Positions 49,480-63,020 of a stretch of 64,000 bases of DNA are shown piece after piece. Position 1 is the first letter of the stretch, and each line of letters opens with the position of its first letter. The notes under the pieces are model-generated. The model saw nothing but the letters and a program-made list of their open reading frames with translations, did not search any database and was not told the DNA's origin. The stretch spans positions 23,312,001 to 23,376,000 of the forward strand of contig NC_043005.1 in NCBI RefSeq assembly GCF_006345805.1, read 5' to 3'. This DNA is from Octopus sinensis (Eukaryota). The translations under genes were made by a program, and so were the position numbers.

Positions 49480-49760
49480 AGGATTTACAAAAACTAAAAA
49501 GAAATGAGCATCCAAGCTCTGCTGGCTGTGTAACATTACATAATGCGACTGCATGAATGCTTGAGTCTGATTAAGGTGTGAGAAAAATTGAACAGAAGAA
49601 TCCAGAGAAGTTTGTAAGAAAGAAGACTGCATTTGTATTGGTATTTGATATGTGTAGAGGAAGACAGCTGTATAAAGAAAAATAGACCACAAGAAGACAT
49701 GGATCTGAAACTGTTGCATGTCATGGAGATGACAAAGAACTGTTGATTGGTGACATGCTG
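49480..49760 (+). pseudogene. RTE-clade LINE C-terminal fragment
   Basis: EDLQKLKRNE...RRLHLYWY..VEEDSCIKK, similar to 19100-19400 and 50470-50940. Confidence 0.6.
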
Positions 49761-49964
49761 CGTAGAAAACTTGCCGGACTGCCCAAGCATTGCAAAACAG
49801 ATGTTAAAATTAATTATATGTATTTTATGTGTGATCATCATTTAATGTCTGCCTTCCATGTTGGCATGGGTTGGACGGTTTGACAGGAGCCAGCCAGGTA
49901 GAAGACTACACTAGGCTTTTGTATCTGCTTTGGCATCTATTAATATGTATGTAATGTATATCAT

Positions 49965-50835
49965 CATCATCATTTAATGTCCATTGTCCATGCTGGCATG
50001 GTTTGACTGGGCTGGCATGCTGGAAGGCTGCACCAGACTGCAGTCTGATTTGGCATGGTTTTCTACGGCTGGATGCCCTTCCTAACACCAACCACTTTGA
50101 GTGTAATAGGTGCTTTTACGTGCTACTGGCATGGGTGCCATTTGTGTGACACCGGGGTGTGTTTACGTGCCAGTTTGCATGACACTGGTATCTGCCACAA
50201 CTGCGGTTTTGCTTGGCTTGATGGGTCTTTTCAAGCACGGCATAATACTAAAGGATTTGGTCATTGCCTCCATGAGGCCCAATGCTTGAAACTCAGCCAC
50301 TTTACTTCCGTGAGGCCCAACATTCAAAAGATGTTCTCTATGTGCCACCAGCATGGGTGCACTTGGCTTGACGGATCCTCTCAAGCACAGCACATCACCA
50401 AAAGTCTCAGTTACCAGTCATTACCTCTGTGAGGCTCAAAGTTCAAAGCTCATGCTTCACCACCTTGTCCTATGTCTTCTTGGTTCTACCTCTACCACAG
50501 GTTCCCTCCACAGTTAGAGATTGGCACTTCTTTCCACAGCTGTCCTCATCCATATGCATCACATGGCCAAACCAACACAGTCGTCTCTCTTGCACACCAC
50601 ATCTGATTCCTCTCATGCCTCTTAAGATGCTTACTCGCTGTCGAACATGCACACTGACATTGCACACCCAGTGAAGCATACTGGCTTCATTTCTTTCAAG
50701 CCTATGCATATCCTCAGCTGTCATAGCCCATGTTTCACTGCCATGCAGCATAACTATTCGCAGACAGGCATCAAGCAATCTGCCTTTCACTCTGAGAAAG
50801 AGGCCCTTTGTTGCCAGCAGCGGTAGCTCTCTGAA
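49965..50835 (-). mobile_element. RTE-clade LINE 3' end with (GAT)n tail
   Basis: KFRELPLLATKGLFLRVKGRLLDACLRIVMLHGSETWAMTAEDMHRLERNEASML...RRLCWFGHVMHMDEDSC...GRGRTKKT (ORF 50470-50940). Confidence 0.85.
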
Positions 50836-51014
50836 CTTTGCACACACACAAAATAGGTGCAGGTATGGCTGTGTGGTTAAGAAGCTTGTTTCCTGACCAT
50901 GGGGTCTGGAGTTCAATCTCAATGCATGGTACAGCACCAACCCTAATGTGCTAAAACCTTCTGAGTAGATTTGATGAACAAATTAAAAGAAACCTACCCA
51001 TAGTGTGTAACACA

Positions 51015-52080
51015 CACAGTGGTTGAGTGAAAAGTTTTTTTGTATTTCAAGCTTTAATAGTTCAAACAAATCACGTATGAAAAGCATTTTTATTCATCAA
51101 AATATATCATATCACATTCTGTTGTATGTTGCTGTCTTTGTACCAGAAACTCAATTCTACACTTATACCATTTGATTGGTTTAGAAGTGAAAAAACTCCC
51201 TGCACCTGTTTTCAACCTCCTCCACATTGTTAAACCTCTTTTTGTACAGGAAATGAACCATGACTTGGAAAGGGTGGTAATCTGATGGTACATGATCTGG
51301 ACTGTAGGCAGGGTGAGGCAGCACTTCAAGTTGCTCAAGTTTGTCCTTGGTCCCATTGACAGTTTTTGCTGGGGCATGGTCATACTGTAGGAGTGCGTTC
51401 TTTGATTGACCAATGCCTTCAAAGCATCAGATGCTCATTGCAGTTGCTAAGCATAAATGTTAGCATTCACAGCGTGGCCTGAGACTAATACAAAGTGCAA
51501 CCCCACCTCAAAATTCCACCAGACACATTGTTTGAACTCCCCTTGTTTGACATTAGGTTCTGAAGCTTAGTCAGGATGAACCTATTACAAAAATAGATCC
51601 ATTTTTCATCTCCAGTTACAATTCAACTCCAAAAATGGGCATCTTGTGGATTTGCCAGAAGTTGTTTGCAAATGTTCACATGTTGTTGAGCCTAACCGTT
51701 GGTCAGTTCATGAGGGGTTTCTCAACAGCATCTGTTTACAAAGCTGAGCTTATAGAGATGTCAGTTGAAGGTGCTTTGCGAAGGACTAAATTCTGACAAC
51801 AATATATGAGTGTTTGTGCTTGGCTGTTGTTCAACTATTTCAAGCAAGGTCTCATTTTTCAAAACAGAAGGTCTCCCTGATCTTGATTTGTCTTTGAGGC
51901 TAGTGTCACCTTCCTTGCAATGTCTTAATCAGTTTTGTGCCACACATTTGTTGACAGTTCCTGGACCTTCCTCATCGTTAATTTCTTTTGCTACTGCCCT
52001 TGCACTTAGTCCTTTTTTTCCATGGGTAGTGTAAAATGGCCCTGACTGCAATTTTTTTGCCACTCATTATCAAAGCTGTA
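51015..52080 (-). mobile_element. Decayed mariner (DD34D-type) transposon
   Basis: Frameshifted remnants of LLHDNA, LPHPPYSPD.APSDYH and FFTSKPIKWY...GI...YFDE* (ORF 51090-51422); TIR-like end near 51015. Confidence 0.75.
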
Positions 52081-52099
52081 AAATAAAAAATAAACAAAT

Positions 52100-52317
52100 A
52101 TGGATTACTCTTTTTACTCTTTTATTTGTTTGAGTCATTTGACTGCAGCCATGCTGGAGCACCGCCTTTAGCCGAACAAACTTACCCCAGAACTTATTCT
52201 TTGTAAGCCTAGTACCTATTCTATTGGACTCTTTAGCTGAATCGCTAAGTTACGGGGACGTAGACACACCAGCATCAGTTGTCAAGTGATGGTGGAGGGA
52301 CAAACACAGACACAAGC

Positions 52318-52348
<31 letters not shown>

Positions 52349-52500
52349 TACAACAGGCTTCTTTCAGTTTTTGTCTACCAAATCCACTTACAAGGCTTTG
52401 GTCAGCCTGAGGCTATAGCAGAAGACACTTGCCCAAGTGGGACTGAACCCAGAACCATGTGGTTGGTAAGCAAGCTACTTACCACACAGCCATTCCTGTG
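52100..52500 (-). mobile_element. CORE-type SINE
   Basis: Same family motifs as 8578-8996. Confidence 0.85.
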
Positions 52501-52585
52501 CCTATGTTATATATGAAAGTAAAGAATAAACAGTTTAGCAACAATTGGACAAGTTATATCAAATTAATGGAGATACAAGTGTTAA

Positions 52586-52733
52586 GGTCATCTCAACAGA
52601 TTTTCTAAAGAAATTATAGCCAGCACAGATTTCGTCACGATGTTTCTCATTGTTTGTTTACATCTGACATCTCACATACAAAAAAAACATCAGTGCTCTC
52701 TATAATTTGTATAGAAAATCTGTAGATATGACC
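52586..52733. mobile_element. 148-bp MITE with 34-bp TIRs and TTAA target duplication (Kolobok-like)
   Basis: TTAA|ggtcatctcaacagattttctaaagaaattatag ... ctataatttgtatagaaaatctgtagatatgacc|TTAA; 30 of 34 TIR positions match. Confidence 0.75.
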
Positions 52734-54685
52734 TTAATATGTGATTTAAGTGCACTGCTAACACAGTAGTACATGGTATTGACTTATAAAACCGTTTATT
52801 ATATTTTGTAGAATATTATGGTTGCACAATGAAACACCTTGTCATTAATGGAGATACAAATAGCCAAAAATCATCAGTGAAAATCCAAAGAAAACTTTTG
52901 ACTCAAACTTGTGTATGTGTATGTGTACCCTTGTCTGGGTTTCATGTGATTGTTGTAAACCCACATCACTGTCATACAAGTGATGGCTGTTTGTTTCCAG
53001 TTTTCCATGAAATATTACCTTCCTTGGAACAGGTAAGGATTGGTGGCAGCAATGATATGCAGCCATAGGAAATCTGTCTCAGCAAATTCTGTCCAACCCA
53101 TGCAAATGTGGTAAAGTGTATGTTAAATGATGATATGTATGTGTGCATATATATTTAGAGCTATCTTTAGATGTGTTTAGATGGACACGTATATGTGTAT
53201 GTATGTGTGTATATATGTATACAGACACTCAAATAGTATCAGTAATGATCTGTCATCTCTTTTACATCTTTTCACTTGCCCCTACCTCACTATCTCTTGG
53301 TCCCTTATCATTTTCCCCTCTAGTACTTATCCCTCATATGTATCAGCCTGCCATCCATGTCTTTAAATTACTTTGCTACTCAAACCTTTAGCACTTCTGC
53401 TCCTATTACTTATCTTCTAATCACTCTCTCTCTCTCTCTCTCTCTCTCTCCTCAGTCTGTTTGTACTATGCTGCCTCTAATTAATGATGGTGGGTGTCTT
53501 TTGTATGTTACCTCCAAGTGTCACTAGTGATTCCACTGGACTTCACACCTTAGCGCTCTCTTCTCTCTCGATGTATATGTACTAGGGACCTCAATGAGTA
53601 TGTGTCATACACTGTATCTCTATACTTCTAACGACTATTTGGCATCAGTATCCATCATTCTCACTTGTTTAGCTACCTTTTGCTATTCATCTTGCTTTCA
53701 CTCCTATCCTATCTGATGCTTTTGGTGCCATGGTGAAATGCTCTTTAAAATATGAGTCACGATAACCTTTTAGTCTTGTTGAAGACACGGCAGCATCACT
53801 AATACAAACCACAGGAAAAAGTGCACCTAGTCCTCTCTGTAAAATGGCTGGCATTAGGAAAGGTATCCAACCATAGAAACAATGCTGAAGATGAAGCTCA
53901 TGGGGTGAGATGTGGAGTTTTTTGATTCTTCTTAGGAGAGCAGCAGTAGTATGGCCAACTCATGCCAGCATGAAAACAGTCATAAATCAATGATGATGGT
54001 ATCTTGCTGTATCAACTGTGAAGAGTAAGATGTAGTTACCTCTTCTTGTGCTGAGCCTACCTTTGTTTCAATTACTAATTGTCACAACATTTTATTTACA
54101 TTACTGATACATTTGTTAAAGGCACAAAATCACATATTCTTATTCTCTTACCCACTCAGTCATCTATAAACCCTGGAGATGCTTACATATGTAAAAAGTC
54201 ACTCTACATGCATGTGTTGTATGTGTGTGTGTGTTCCAATAGTAATTTATTAATAGTGGGGTTTCTTTGTGTTTCTTATTTCTTATTTAGTAGAATATTA
54301 TAAATAAGTTTGTTGAGGATTAATATTGAACAAAGAATAAATTTTTATGTAAGTTTAGTAGAGCAGTCAGTTAGCAGAATTATTAGTGTTGGACAAAATG
54401 CATTGTAGTATTTAGTTACAGTTCTTTATTTACTGTAATCAAATCACATTGTTCTTAACTTTGCCTATAATTCTTTTGGGGTTGATAAAATGAAGTACCA
54501 GACAAGTACTAGAGTTAATTTAATCAACAATACTGTGTCCTACAACTTGTGGGTTTGTTACTACTGTATAAGAGATCTGTATGCAAACTATAGTATTGAT
54601 GCAGGTACAAAGGACATATGGAAGACTATTAAAAGTAAATGTTTTATGTAGTGTGGTCAATTAAATACTTAGTCCTCCCTCTGTT

Positions 54686-54743
<58 letters not shown>

Positions 54744-55989
54744 CTACCTCTTTATTGTTGCTATTAATTAGGTGGAAGGGGCATGAGGCACTTAGGAACT
54801 TTGAATGCCTAGCTAGACTGATGACAGCACTAGTTCGGAAAAGGAAGGATTGAGCTAAGTGTTTAGTGCTCATTGTTGTGTGAGACACTTTTGGATGACA
54901 AAAGCAAAAATGAAAGATACATCATATTTAGTCTCTGGTCATCCCTGATTAAGCAGATCCGTCAGCAACAGGTTTCCAGCTATGACCATGCTATCTTTTT
55001 CCTATGTGCAGAGACACTGAGCCAAATTATCCTATGTGTCTTTCTAAGATAGTGGGGTGTGATTTGAGGAAGATTTTGCTATTGTTTCTAGCAGGTTGAG
55101 CAACTACATAGAGGCTCCCTTGTTGGTACATCAGATAGGCTTGAGTGGTGGTGGTGATGATGATGATAGTATGAAGCTTGTTGGTTCTGATTAGTTGGAC
55201 CATTTAGCGTGTTTCTAGTTTAATGGCTACTGTTTGTTGGTAAGTGAGCTTTAATAATCAACTGGAGGTATTTTTCATTCAAGAAACAAACCTAATTTAA
55301 ATGTAATTTAATCTATACTTACAGAGCTTTAGGTGTGACACTATTTTTGACTGTGCATGCTTTTAGCAGACTTCTTTTGTTGCAAATATTCAAAGTAAAA
55401 TCCTGTCCGTTTTCTTTTCTTTCTCATATTGACTTAAACATCTGCACCGATTCCACCATTCTGGGTCCACATCCTTAGTCAGTTAACTTAGAAGTATCTG
55501 AAATGATAATTAGTAAATCATTAAGTGAATTGCTCATGTGTGAGCAATTAAAGCACTTTTAGAACTAGGGTCTTCAATTGTTTTTAGAACTGGTTGCCCT
55601 TCTTACCATTAACAACTCAGTTGTGAATCTGCCTACTTTTGTTCAGTCAAGTAAACTGGAGCAAGGTGAATGAACTACCTTTCTGGGGGGGTCAAAGACA
55701 GTTCTAGCAAGTTTCATTCTATGTAAATGTATTAATGAGCTTGCCCTTTAACACTTTATCTCAAGAGCCATTGCTGGTTTTGTAATATTAAACAAATAAG
55801 AGATAAATCTATAATCTCACCTCAGTTAAGACATCACTCCCATCTAAAACAGTAATATTGATTTGGTTGTTTCTGCTTTCTATGTGGATTGAGGTGTGAA
55901 AAACTAAGTAGCAAACACAGATTGTGGCACCAATTAATTTGGACTTGGGAATAGACACAGGCATCCTAGTGTTCATCCAAAGAGTTTTA

Positions 55990-56365
55990 AAAATGCTACA
56001 TGATGTATTGGTGTAAAGTTGCTCAGAAACATTCCAACCTCTAGCTCGCAGATAAACTGTCTCCTCTCGCTGTCCTTTCTACTGCAACTACAGTGGTCTC
56101 ATAGACATTGACTGGCTCGTTTCCTGCCGCTTCTATTCATGCACATCCCACGCTCTTGCTTCTCCTCCTCTTATCACTTATATGGTGTCGAACCCACCAC
56201 CCCAGTCTTCCCAGAACAGCTCTCTGGAATTCCCTCCTTTTACACATTTTCCTTCCAACCATTGACTTGCAACAGCTTGCACAGAATATTAACAATATCA
56301 GTCTCATTGGTCTTGGAGCACTGTTCCTTCCTTCATATTAAACTTACAAAAGTAAATAAAAAAAA
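55990..56365 (+). pseudogene. CR1/Jockey-group LINE 3' fragment (different family)
   Basis: LARR..VSSRCPFYCNYSG...CRTHHPSLPRTALWNSL resembles the SFFPRT..LWNSLP C-terminal motif; A-rich end. Confidence 0.6.
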
Positions 56366-56695
56366 ACGATTGGTAATTCATTGCAATATCGACTTAGTCC
56401 GTTTTTACCTAGAGTATTTAATATGGAGTAAGTAGTGTTTGCATTCAGTTTGGAGGAGCAAAAGCTGTAGTCGTACTAATTGAAATGACAGACACAGCTA
56501 TTACAAAGCATTAGATGTAGTATGGCATTAAATGAAGGTTTGCCTGTCAGGTATTCAGTCTTTATACCTTGGATGCTGCATATAATTTGTGTACACACAT
56601 GTCTGCTTGCACATATACATGTGTGTGTGTGTGTGTGGTCGAGGTCATGTCTTCATTGAAGAAAAAAAAAACTTTTTGTTTATTTATTTTTGAAG

Positions 56696-56835
56696 AACAT
56701 TTGCGCTATAAGAAGTCGGTTGCTTTTCAAATCTGAAGTATTTTCTGACTTTGAAAAGGAAGGAAACCCTACCTTTGTGATGCAGTCCTGGTTATGTAAA
56801 GAATGTACGGCTGCTATGAAAGGTCAACACAAATT
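56696..56835 (+). CDS. Candidate 140-nt internal exon of an unidentified host gene
   Basis: Polypyrimidine tract and AG at 56694-56695, open frame NICAIRSRLLFKSEVFSDFEKEGNPTFVMQSWLCKECTAAMKGQHK, donor GTAAGA at 56836. No homology recognised. Confidence 0.2.
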
Positions 56836-58772
56836 GTAAGACCTTAGCATTTGCAGGGAATCTGATGAATTACAACAAATAGAGGTGATGGGTTGTTTGG
56901 AGTGAGTGTGGGTGTGTGTTTCCAGTTAACAATGTTGGGAAAATTTTTAACCAATTGTTACTTGTTTGCTTTTTTTTTTGTTTTTATTTTGATCTTAGGA
57001 AGTCTTATTTCTTGGTGTATTTAGTTAGTTAATTTTTTAAAATTTTATTATTTATTTCTTCAGCATTACATTTCGGATTTATTTTTCACAGTTCTGAGAT
57101 CAAATGCACTCAGGGCATAATTTTACTTCCTGCCTTTCCTTTAGGATGACTTGTGATGTTTTGTCACGTTTCTCTTGAGTTCACGTCCTACAAGGATTGG
57201 TTTTTGCTTTCATCCTTTTGGGGTTGATAAAAGGCCACAGGTTTTGGAAAGAGTTAAAATTGGTTAAATCGATACCTGTGAGATTTAGCTGATTTTTCTA
57301 TTTCTTTTTCATTTTCATCTTGCAATATGTGAACAGGATTGTTGGTTGCAGGCTTCTAATGGGACAATCACTGGTTCACTGCATTTCTGAAAGCAAAAGT
57401 GACAAGGGATTGTCTAATTGGATATTTCAATGGACCTTGTTCACAAAGTACTGATTTTTCAGTTTTCTTGCTGGTGTTTATCTTTTGCTACTAAATTCCA
57501 CTATCTCTTCTGCTGCTACTGCTTTTAGAACAGTGTATGATATTCTGTTTTATTAGGCTACGTTCTGTTCAGTATAAACCCACTTGAATAATTTCTTTAA
57601 AAAAGTTTCTGCCCTTTCTAAAAGTGTCAATATTCACTTTTCAGTTCTACTCACAATAACCCACCTGAAATTCTCTTGCTAGTCATGCCACCTACTCCAA
57701 TCTAATTACTGTCCTTCAACTAAGCTTTAATTAACTATCTAACTTCACCCAATTATCTCAGAATAAGACCTTAGACAAAGGTATATCTTAAGTATTTGCT
57801 ATTTAATAAATATATAATGTATTGGTAGAGTTGTTATAGCATCAAATAAACTCTTTATAATATTCATTCTGACTTTTTTGCAGTCTTGGTTCAAATCCTA
57901 GTACGGTCAGGTTTGTTTTTCATCCTTTCAGGGTTTGTAAAAAAAGTATCAATCCGTGTTGGTGGTTTGGCAGACAGAATGCCTTGTAATATCTATTCCA
58001 GCTCATCACTTTTTGAATTCCTATTTTGCTATGGCCCATTTGAGTGACAGATTAAATCTGTTGCCTGGTTTAACACATTTGTTGAAATACATTATCTTTG
58101 TTTCAATTAATTTTGAAAATAAATTTAGTGAAATAGCGTTGTCATTTAATAATGAAGTTATTTTACTAAATTCATGTTTGTGACTTAAATGAGAGAAGGT
58201 TTTTATTTAAATCACTTTAAGACAAAGTTTGTATCATAGAACCAGGAGCAGTCTCAGGCAGGTTTATAACAAAAAAATTAACACCAATACTTGGCACTAC
58301 TTGTGTGCTTTTAGCAGTCTATTCTGTTGTAAATGTTCTTGCTATGTCTCTGGTTTGAGGATAACTCACTCCTTCCCCACCAGTCTTTACAAATGCCTTA
58401 TAGTGACATGAGCATTGGCTTCCTTCCTCACTAAAAGGTTAAAAAATGTAGTAGTGTTAAAGGTGCCAGTGGGTGGACTGTGTGAGACTATTTTCAATTC
58501 CTGTTTGTAGATATGCTACCCACTTATGACCTTGGTAGTGTTATCAACTATCTTGACTACCTAAAGAATGAATTGGTGGAGTGAGAGGAGTTTGGTAGAT
58601 ATCTGTCCTTACAAAGGGTCCAGCTATTCACATAAGATCATTTCATTAGTGTGTTAGGAGTAGAGAAGGAGTAACTATAATTGTATTTGTGTACACATAC
58701 ATGTACACTTGAGTGGTGTATATGTAATGTATGTTTGTGCATGCATGTTTCTATATTTATTGTGTGTATGTA

Positions 58773-58818
<46 letters not shown>

Positions 58819-59715
58819 CATGGAAAACGGATGCTAAACGATGATGATGATATATATATATATATATATATATACATACATACATGCATATACATATTTT
58901 GATGTAATTATGTATGTATGCGTGTGCAAACAGATTTGTGTAAGAAGATACAGGTATGAACATATGCACACACATGCACGTGAACACACACAGAGCTTGA
59001 TTATCTAAAATTTATGGGTCTTATAGAGCTGAACACTAGGTGCCAACAAGTTACCTTGCAGCACACTTTCTAAATATTCTATTTTCAAACTCATAAATTC
59101 AGTTCATCAGGCCTTTGCTCAGCATTTAGCTAGAGCTTTCTTTCTCTGCTAAGGACTATCCAACACAGACATTGTTAGCATAACCTACTTCGTTAGTAGA
59201 TTTTACCTTTCTAGTTTGATTGTCTTGTCACTTCTAATGAGTTGATGCCAGCAATTTGTGGAGAAACACTCTGCTGATTTCACTGACTCTCCAGCTTGTA
59301 GCTGAAGATGGCATTTCATTGTTATGTTTGTTTCATATGGGAGGTTAGTTCTTTCAGAATTCAAATTATGTGTGTGTGTCTCTGTTTGTTTATATTCCTG
59401 TGGATGTATGTATATTGCTATATCTGTTTGTTCTTACATACACACACACACACACACACACTACATATTCGCGTAGGCACAACTGGGGAGTGAAAACGAA
59501 ATAGTCAAACATATGACTTTAATTAACATACTTGTTGAGTTGATAATTAGTAATTGCAACACCTTTCAAAGAGGAGTAACTAATTAATCTCTATCAGTAT
59601 CCAGCCAATATGAAGTTATGCAATCTCAGAATTGTTTATTTATTTATTATTGTTGTTATTAATCCTTTATAGCTACTCAGCCTTTTAGCTAAGATCAAAG
59701 TGTAGTGGTGTTGGC

Positions 59716-59750
<35 letters not shown>

Positions 59751-61119
59751 CATAGTCTTATTGTTATTGTGTGCTTTCATTACATAATCAAGTGCAATAT
59801 TGTTATTGTGTACTTTCTGTGCACAGTGGGAACTTCTTTTCCTTTCTTTCTTTTTTACTAGTTTCAATAATTGCATTGCGACCATGCTGGGGTATCACCT
59901 TCAGTCAGTTTGAATTAATCATATCAACCCTTGTATTTTGCCTAGTCATTATTTCAACATTCTTGTATGGTACAAAATAGAAAATAGAACATTTGGCATG
60001 AGTAGATAACAAGTTGAGTATGAATACCACAGGCTATTTCTGTTTAAATGTACCAGTTTTTCCCCCATTGTTCAAATTTTTCTTAAGAAGTATTGGTCAA
60101 CCTGAGATTATGGTAAAAACATTTGCCTAGTGTTGTAGGATTGAACCAGGAACCACATGATTGCAAAGCATCTTGAGCAAGTGCTTTCTATTATAACCCC
60201 AGGCCAACCAAAGCCTTGTGAGTGGATTTGATTGATAGAAACTGAAAGAAGCTTTGTGTGTATGTGTGTGTGTTACTGTTTCCTTGCTTTGGCATCATAT
60301 GACAGTTGTAAATGAGTCTCACCACTGTGCAAGTGTTGTCTTTCATTTCCAATCTTCTGTGAAAACATGTCTGGTCATGGGGAAATATTACTTCATTTGG
60401 GAAACAGGTGAGGTTTGGTGACAGGAAGAGCATTCAGCTGTAGAAGAGTGGACATTGAAATGATGATGATGATGCAAAAGGGCTGTATGTAAAATGTCAT
60501 TCTACTGAAAAGGGCCACTGAGCTACAAAGGCTGAGAATCACAGGTCTAAAAACTAATTCTGGGCTGGAGGTGTATCAGCCTTTGGATAACACCGGTGGC
60601 TTGGAAAGGGGAGGCTGGTATGCATGGGCAACTGCTAGTCTTCGATAAACAACCTTGCCTGGACTTGTGCTTTGGAGGGGAACTTTCTAGGTACAATCCT
60701 ATGGTCATTCATGACCGAAGGGGTCTTTACTCCCCCCCTTTTTTTTTTAAGCATAAAAACAATTAGTAAATTAAATGTAAATTAAATGATTTCTTTACAT
60801 TAGTACCATTCCACATATTCATACAAGAGTGAGTTATAGTTGATTGAATCAACCCTTCTTATTTTATCATATCATCCAGTGAGTAGTGAAAAGTCCCTTG
60901 ATCCTTCCAGTGGAGTCAAATTTGTTGCAAGCATTCAGAATAGGTTTCCAGTATAAGAAAAAAAATTTCTTTCCTTCCACCAGTTTTGGAGGTCCTGAAT
61001 AAAGGTAGTAGGTGCTATTCTTCTTTCTTTGGGTAAAATACATATAAAATATAGTTGGGCTATGGGATTTGAACTTAAAATGTAAACATTATTATCATCG
61101 TGAAGTATATTTACCATCT

Positions 61120-61435
61120 AAATATGGCTAACTCCTAAGGGTGGATACTACTGTAGCTTGTAGCCCCAGGAGGACACCTCCTCCAGCTGGCTATTGACAC
61201 ACTTTCTGTGCCCTATCAGTATTTGCAAAGGGAAGCCATCCTTCCTGTCTTCAACCTATGATACACACAGACTCGAGTTTCTGGGTATTGACCCGTCATC
61301 AACGTATGACAATCACAGTTGTCGATGAAAAGTAGGTTCCCTTTGCAAATATATATCCTTTTTCCAGTGACGTAAAGACACTGATATCGAAAAAGTGTAA
61401 ACAAGCAATAATACATCTCAGAGCGAGTTATAAAC
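61120..61435 (-). mobile_element. ~310-bp solo retrozyme-like element
   Basis: GC-richer block containing an HHR motif enclosed by a perfect 15-bp inverted repeat (61220-61234 / 61337-61351). Confidence 0.55.
61264..61308 (-). ncRNA. Minimal type-I hammerhead motif, slightly decayed
   Basis: CAUACG UUGAUGA CGGGU(CAAU)ACCCA GAAA CUCGAG UC UGUGUG: stem I 6 bp, palindromic stem III ACUCGAGU, GUC triplet. Confidence 0.7.
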
Positions 61436-62249
61436 ATCATCATTTAATGCCAAAATTCCCATGCTGGCATAGGTTGGATGGTTTGAAAGGAGCTGGTAAG
61501 TTGGAGAGCTGCACCAAGTTCCATTTGTCTGTTTTGGCTTGGTTTCTATGGCTAGATGCCCTTCCTAACACCAACCACTTTACAGAGTGTACTTGGTGTC
61601 TTTTAAGTGTCACTGGCATGGGTGCCTTTTACATTGCCTGATGCATTACTATTTCTGCTACTGCAGCACCTAAATAAATAAGGATTCCTTTAAACACGGT
61701 GTACTTTTATATAATACAAAGTATTTTGGATTGTCTTCCATTCCTTATATTTCTATGAACCAATAAGGGAGCCAGACAATGACCTTTTAGATGATTTAGT
61801 ACTAGATAAGATACTTCAATAAAATATTTGATGATCATGTCTGGATCGCTTTTGACTTGGGGTTAAACAATGGCAGCAGTAAAGTGGCAGGATTATCAGA
61901 AAATTTTGTTGAGGAATGTAGATGTTTTATTGGCTTGGTTAGAGTATGTAGGACTTATTTTCAAACCAGAGATTTGGTCCAAATGTTTGCAATGTAGTGG
62001 ATTGTGCTAATAGTACCCAAATATCAGTAAATAGAGCCATGGATTAATTTTATCATTTAAGATCAGGAACCCTGACAGATTTCCAAGGTTTCTACTTACC
62101 AAGTTTCGTTTACAGGCTTCAGTTGACCTGAATTTATGGTGGAAGCCACTTGACCTAGGTGCCGTATATTAGGATCAAACACAAAACCACACAAGACACC
62201 CTAGATAAAAATTGCTATGGATTAGTATTATAAGAGCTAAGAGGTAGGT

Positions 62250-63020
62250 TGGAAAAACTGGAATAAAAGGTGGGTAGCAGATAACTATACTGAGAAGCTA
62301 GATGTTAAGTGTATTTGGCAAAGGGAGATGCAAAAGTAAGGAGTTAGTTCTGTGGTGTGAAGATTGGAAGAATGAAGTGTTTCAGATTGCAAGGAGAAAA
62401 TTAAGAAGACACGAGAGTTGTGTGTATGAAATGAGAATGGTACTTTTGCACTTACTGGTATTTAAAAGAAAGAACCATGGAAGTGTTATTATGAAAAGTT
62501 GTTAAATGAAAAGACATGGGAGAAAGATGGTTTTCCTTGAGAGTACTTTTCTTGAGAAACCAGCCATTCAGGTTGACAGCAGTATGGTAGATTTATTAAG
62601 GATATGAAGGCAGGGAAAGCACCTTGTCTATGAGGAATAGTTACTGAGTTGCTTAGAATATATGGAGTATGGCACAGCTTAGTCAGTCAGGTAATTCAGT
62701 TGATCGTGCTTGACAACATGATCATCAACTATTACATGAGCAAAAGTAATGCATTTGAGAGAATCAATTATAGAGACATCAAACTGTTGAATTATGTTAT
62801 GAAATTTACAGAAAGTGTAATAGCTTGATTGATTAGGGAATGAATTTATCTGGATGAGATGCAGTGTGGCTCTGTGCCAGGAAGAGTTACTACTGTAATA
62901 ATTTTTCTTGTGAGACAACTACAGGAAAAGTATTTAACCAGCAGTAAGCCACTATAATTAACATTTTGTCAATCTGAAGAAATCCTTTGACCAAGTTCCA
63001 TGATCTATAATCTGGTGATC
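62250..63020 (+). pseudogene. Decayed RTE-clade LINE RT N-terminal part
   Basis: LDEMQCGSVPGR.TT.IIFLVRQLQEKYL...KPL...F..LKKSFDQVP at about 62850-63005. Confidence 0.75.
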
